Source: a bacterium
GTDB taxonomy: Bacteria > Zhuqueibacterota > Zhuqueibacteria > Oceanimicrobiales > Oceanimicrobiaceae
NCBI GenBank assembly: GCA_046757165.1
Contig: JBHHXT010000090.1
Location: 1 to 18,923, forward strand
DNA length: 18,923 bases
Reading direction: 5' to 3'
Shown here: positions 16,447-18,923 of the stretch, in pieces
Numbering within the stretch: the stretch's first letter is position 1
Layout: each line of letters starts with the position of its first letter
Notes under the pieces: generated by a model
What the model was told of the DNA's origin: nothing
The model's input: the letters and a program-made list of their open reading frames with translations, nothing else
Databases searched by the model: none
Program-made: the position numbers and the translations under genes

Positions 16447-17631
16447 ATGAAAATCAATCTCTACAAACTCAAAAGCCACTTCAAAGGGTTGCTCTTTATC
16501 TTTGCGATCCTCATCATTATCCTTTTGTTTTTCTACAACTATCAGGTCGTCAGCGAGCTTCGTTCCGAGTCAAGGCAGATCTTGTTGTTTTATGCCCGGC
16601 TCTACGCCTCGGCCGCCTCCGCCGAATCGACGACGAACCTGAACTTCATCTTCGATGAGATCATCCTGCGAACCAATTTCCCGATCGTTCTCACGGATGC
16701 CGATGGAAACCCGAACGCGTGGAAAGGCATCGGGATCGACCCGGAGGACCACTCGCCGCATACGGTGCAGAGAGTACAGAGCATGGTCAAGGTCATGGGC
16801 AAAGAAGCTGAACCCATCCCACTGAAATATGAGGACATCCTGATCGGCTATCTTTACTATGGCGACTCCAAGCTGATCAAAGAGCTGCAATTGCTGCCTT
16901 ACGCCGGACTGACCATCGTGGGCTTGTTCGTCCTGATTGGCTTCCTGGGCGTGCGCAGTATTCAGCGCAGCGAGCAGCAGTTCATTTGGGTCGGCATGTC
17001 GAAGGAAACGGCGCATCAAATCGGCACGCCGCTCTCCTCGATCATGGGCTGGCTGGAGATTCTGAAGGCAAAGGCTGCGGACCGTGGCGTCCAGAAAACG
17101 CTGTGCGAGATGGAGAAGGATGTGGAGCGGCTCAACAAGATCACGGCGAGATTTTCGCAAATCGGGTCAAAAGCCAATCTCAAAGAAACACAGGTGACGG
17201 GCATTCTTTCAGAAGTCACCCGGTATTTTCAGCGCCGCCTGCCACAATGGGGCAAAAAAGTCGACATCGAGCTGGACTACACGGTGGAGCCCAGCGTACT
17301 GCTGAACAAGGAGCTGTTCGAGTGGGTCATCGAGAATCTGCTCAAAAATGCGCTGGATGCGATCGAGAAGGAGACCGGCAAAATCCGCATCAACCTGGGG
17401 GAGGTCAAGAATGGCCGCCATAAAATCTTTATCGATATTTCAGACACTGGCCGGGGTATCGAAGCCGCGAACAAGAAAAATGTCTTCAAGCCCGGCTTCA
17501 GCACGAAAAAACGCGGTTGGGGTCTCGGACTCAGCCTGGCCAAACGCATAATCGAGGAGTACCACGGCGGTAAACTTCTGGTCAAGGAGTCACGTCTCAA
17601 GCGCGGCACCACCATGAGAATTTTGCTCTAG
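16447..17631 (+). CDS. Membrane sensor histidine kinase (2 TM, HisKA and HATPase_c)
   Basis: H-box KETAHQIGTPLSS, N-box ENLLKNALDA, G1 DTGRGI, F-box FKPGFSTK and G2 GWGLGLS. Two TM helices flank a ~115-aa sensor loop. Confidence 0.93.
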   Translation: MKINLYKLKSHFKGLLFIFAILIIILLFFYNYQVVSELRSESRQILLFYARLYASAASAESTTNLNFIFDEIILRTNFPIVLTDADGNPNAWKGIGIDPEDHSPHTVQRVQSMVKVMGKEAEPIPLKYEDILIGYLYYGDSKLIKELQLLPYAGLTIVGLFVLIGFLGVRSIQRSEQQFIWVGMSKETAHQIGTPLSSIMGWLEILKAKAADRGVQKTLCEMEKDVERLNKITARFSQIGSKANLKETQVTGILSEVTRYFQRRLPQWGKKVDIELDYTVEPSVLLNKELFEWVIENLLKNALDAIEKETGKIRINLGEVKNGRHKIFIDISDTGRGIEAANKKNVFKPGFSTKKRGWGLGLSLAKRIIEEYHGGKLLVKESRLKRGTTMRILL

Positions 17632-17760
17632 AATTCTGTACCCGCCAAAACGACACACCCGATGGAACAAAAATTCAGACCAGCCTGGCAGGGTGGCAAC
17701 CCGACAAACATTGGGCTGCCACATCTTCAAACAGGTGGGGCACTTTGGCTTGGATCTCCT

Positions 17761-17777
17761 TTGGCACAGCCTTTGCT
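17761..17777 (+). promoter_or_regulatory. Sigma54 (RpoN) -24/-12 promoter upstream of hsp20
   Basis: TTGGCACAGCCTTTGCT matches TGGCAC-N5-TTGCW with exact GG-N10-GC spacing. Confidence 0.8.
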
Positions 17778-17844
17778 TGACAGGGGCGTGAAAATTGAAA
17801 CAATGAAGTTTAAATAAAACAAACACATAAAGGAGGTATGAGTC

Positions 17845-18267
17845 ATGTTGGTAAAAGTCAATCCCTTCAGGTCGCTCTTGAATCATGACACGCTGTTTGA
17901 TGATTTCTTCACCGTCGACTATCCGGCTGTTGCCCGGAGTTTTGAGCCCAGAATCGACGTTCGCGAGACCGAGAAGGAATTTGTGGTCACCGCTGAGCTG
18001 CCGGGCCTGAACAAGGACGATTTCAAGCTGACGATTGAAGACAACATCCTGACGCTCGAGGGCGAGAAAAAGTTTGAGCGCGAGGAGAAAAAGGACAATT
18101 ACTACCGGGCCGAACGCAGCTACGGTGCGTTCAAACGTGCCTTCCGTCTCACCGATAGCGTGGACAGCAAGAAAATCAAAGCTGACTACACGAACGGCGT
18201 GCTCGAAATCACTCTCCCGAAAGCGGCTAAGGTGAAGCCAAAGGAAATCGCAATCAACGTGAAGTAA
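17845..18267 (+). CDS. Hsp20/alpha-crystallin small heat-shock protein
   Basis: PRIDVRET, AELPGL, LTLEGEK, ERSYGAFKRAF and NGVLEITLPK motifs. Strong RBS AGGAGG at 17831-17836. Confidence 0.96.
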   Translation: MLVKVNPFRSLLNHDTLFDDFFTVDYPAVARSFEPRIDVRETEKEFVVTAELPGLNKDDFKLTIEDNILTLEGEKKFEREEKKDNYYRAERSYGAFKRAFRLTDSVDSKKIKADYTNGVLEITLPKAAKVKPKEIAINVK

Positions 18268-18296
18268 TCAATCAAACACGCCTCGTTGGCAAGAGC

Positions 18297-18327
18297 AAGC
18301 CGGGACCTTCGGGTTCCGGCTTTTTTT
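18297..18327 (+). terminator. Rho-independent terminator of hsp20
   Basis: AAGCCGGGACC-TTCG-GGTTCCGGC-TTTTTTT: GC stem, cUUCGg tetraloop and U tract. Confidence 0.9.
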
Positions 18328-18331
18328 ATGC

Positions 18332-18898
18332 TCAGGGTTCTCGCAAAAGGTCTACCAAATCCACGTTCACCTTTGGAAATGCCTGCGGGGAGAGCCGCTG
18401 CCTGGGGGTATATTTCTCAATAACAGAATAGGTCCTTTCAAAGGGCTTCCGATACACTTCCACCTCCCTGGCCTGGAGATCAAAAATCCATACCTCAGGA
18501 ATTCCGGCTTCAGCATAAAGGGGAACCTTCGTCTGCCGGTCCAGCTCTGCGGACGTTTCCGCCACTTCGATGACCAGAAAAACATCCTTAGGGCCAGGAT
18601 GAGCGGTGGCATAAAAATCATCCCGCGGTTTCAGCAGAGCCAGATCCGGCTGCGGTTCAGAATGCCGGCTCAGGCGAACGGGATTCTGAACACTTACCAA
18701 GGCTCTACCCTGCAACGAGGCGTAGAACATCAGATTCAAACCGTTAACACACGCCGCATGTCGACTGCCGATAGGACTCATCTCCACGATCTCCCCGGCC
18801 AGCAATTCCACCCGATCCTCCCCGGTGAGAATCCCCGAATGAGCCATTTCATGGTACTCCTCCACGGTAAATAATCGTCGTGCAATAGCCACAGGCAT
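18332..18898 (-). CDS. Uma2/DUF820-family PD-(D/E)XK endonuclease-like protein
   Basis: FTVEEYH.M, RVELLAGEI..MSPIG..HA, SEPQPDLALL, LVIEVAETS, DRQTKVPLYAEAGIPEVW motifs. Confidence 0.93.
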   Translation of the reverse strand: MPVAIARRLFTVEEYHEMAHSGILTGEDRVELLAGEIVEMSPIGSRHAACVNGLNLMFYASLQGRALVSVQNPVRLSRHSEPQPDLALLKPRDDFYATAHPGPKDVFLVIEVAETSAELDRQTKVPLYAEAGIPEVWIFDLQAREVEVYRKPFERTYSVIEKYTPRQRLSPQAFPKVNVDLVDLLREP

Positions 18899-18923
18899 GG
18901 TTGTGCTCCTAAACTAAGCGAGT

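Noticed and set aside
8485..18898. MTase fragment plus Uma2 nuclease as a defence system
   Set aside because: They are about 9.5 kb apart, the MTase is truncated, and Uma2 genes are commonly solitary paralogues.
1..18923. tRNA, rRNA or known riboswitch
   Set aside because: No recognisable signatures were seen by eye. An Rfam/tRNAscan search would be needed to exclude them fully.

Overview
Bacterial window of moderately high GC. Gene style and families suggest the FCB superphylum or a KSB1/Calditrichota-like lineage (inference only). The core is a convergent surface-glycan locus. The + arm encodes a polysaccharide deacetylase, a TylF-like O-methyltransferase, a fused WbpB-like dehydrogenase/WbpD-like N-acetyltransferase, a GT4 glycosyltransferase and a Wzx flippase. 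The - arm encodes a YfhO-like GT-C membrane glycosyltransferase, two sulfotransferases, a FemAB-like GNAT and an asparagine-synthase-like amide ligase. A truncated DNA adenine methyltransferase sits at the junction. The flanks hold an ABC-permease gene relic, a lipoprotein glutaminyl cyclase, an orphan histidine kinase, an Hsp20 with a predicted sigma54 promoter, and a Uma2 nuclease. Many intergenic gaps carry different structured palindromic elements (REP doublets and MITE-like inverted repeats), with no transposase in the window.
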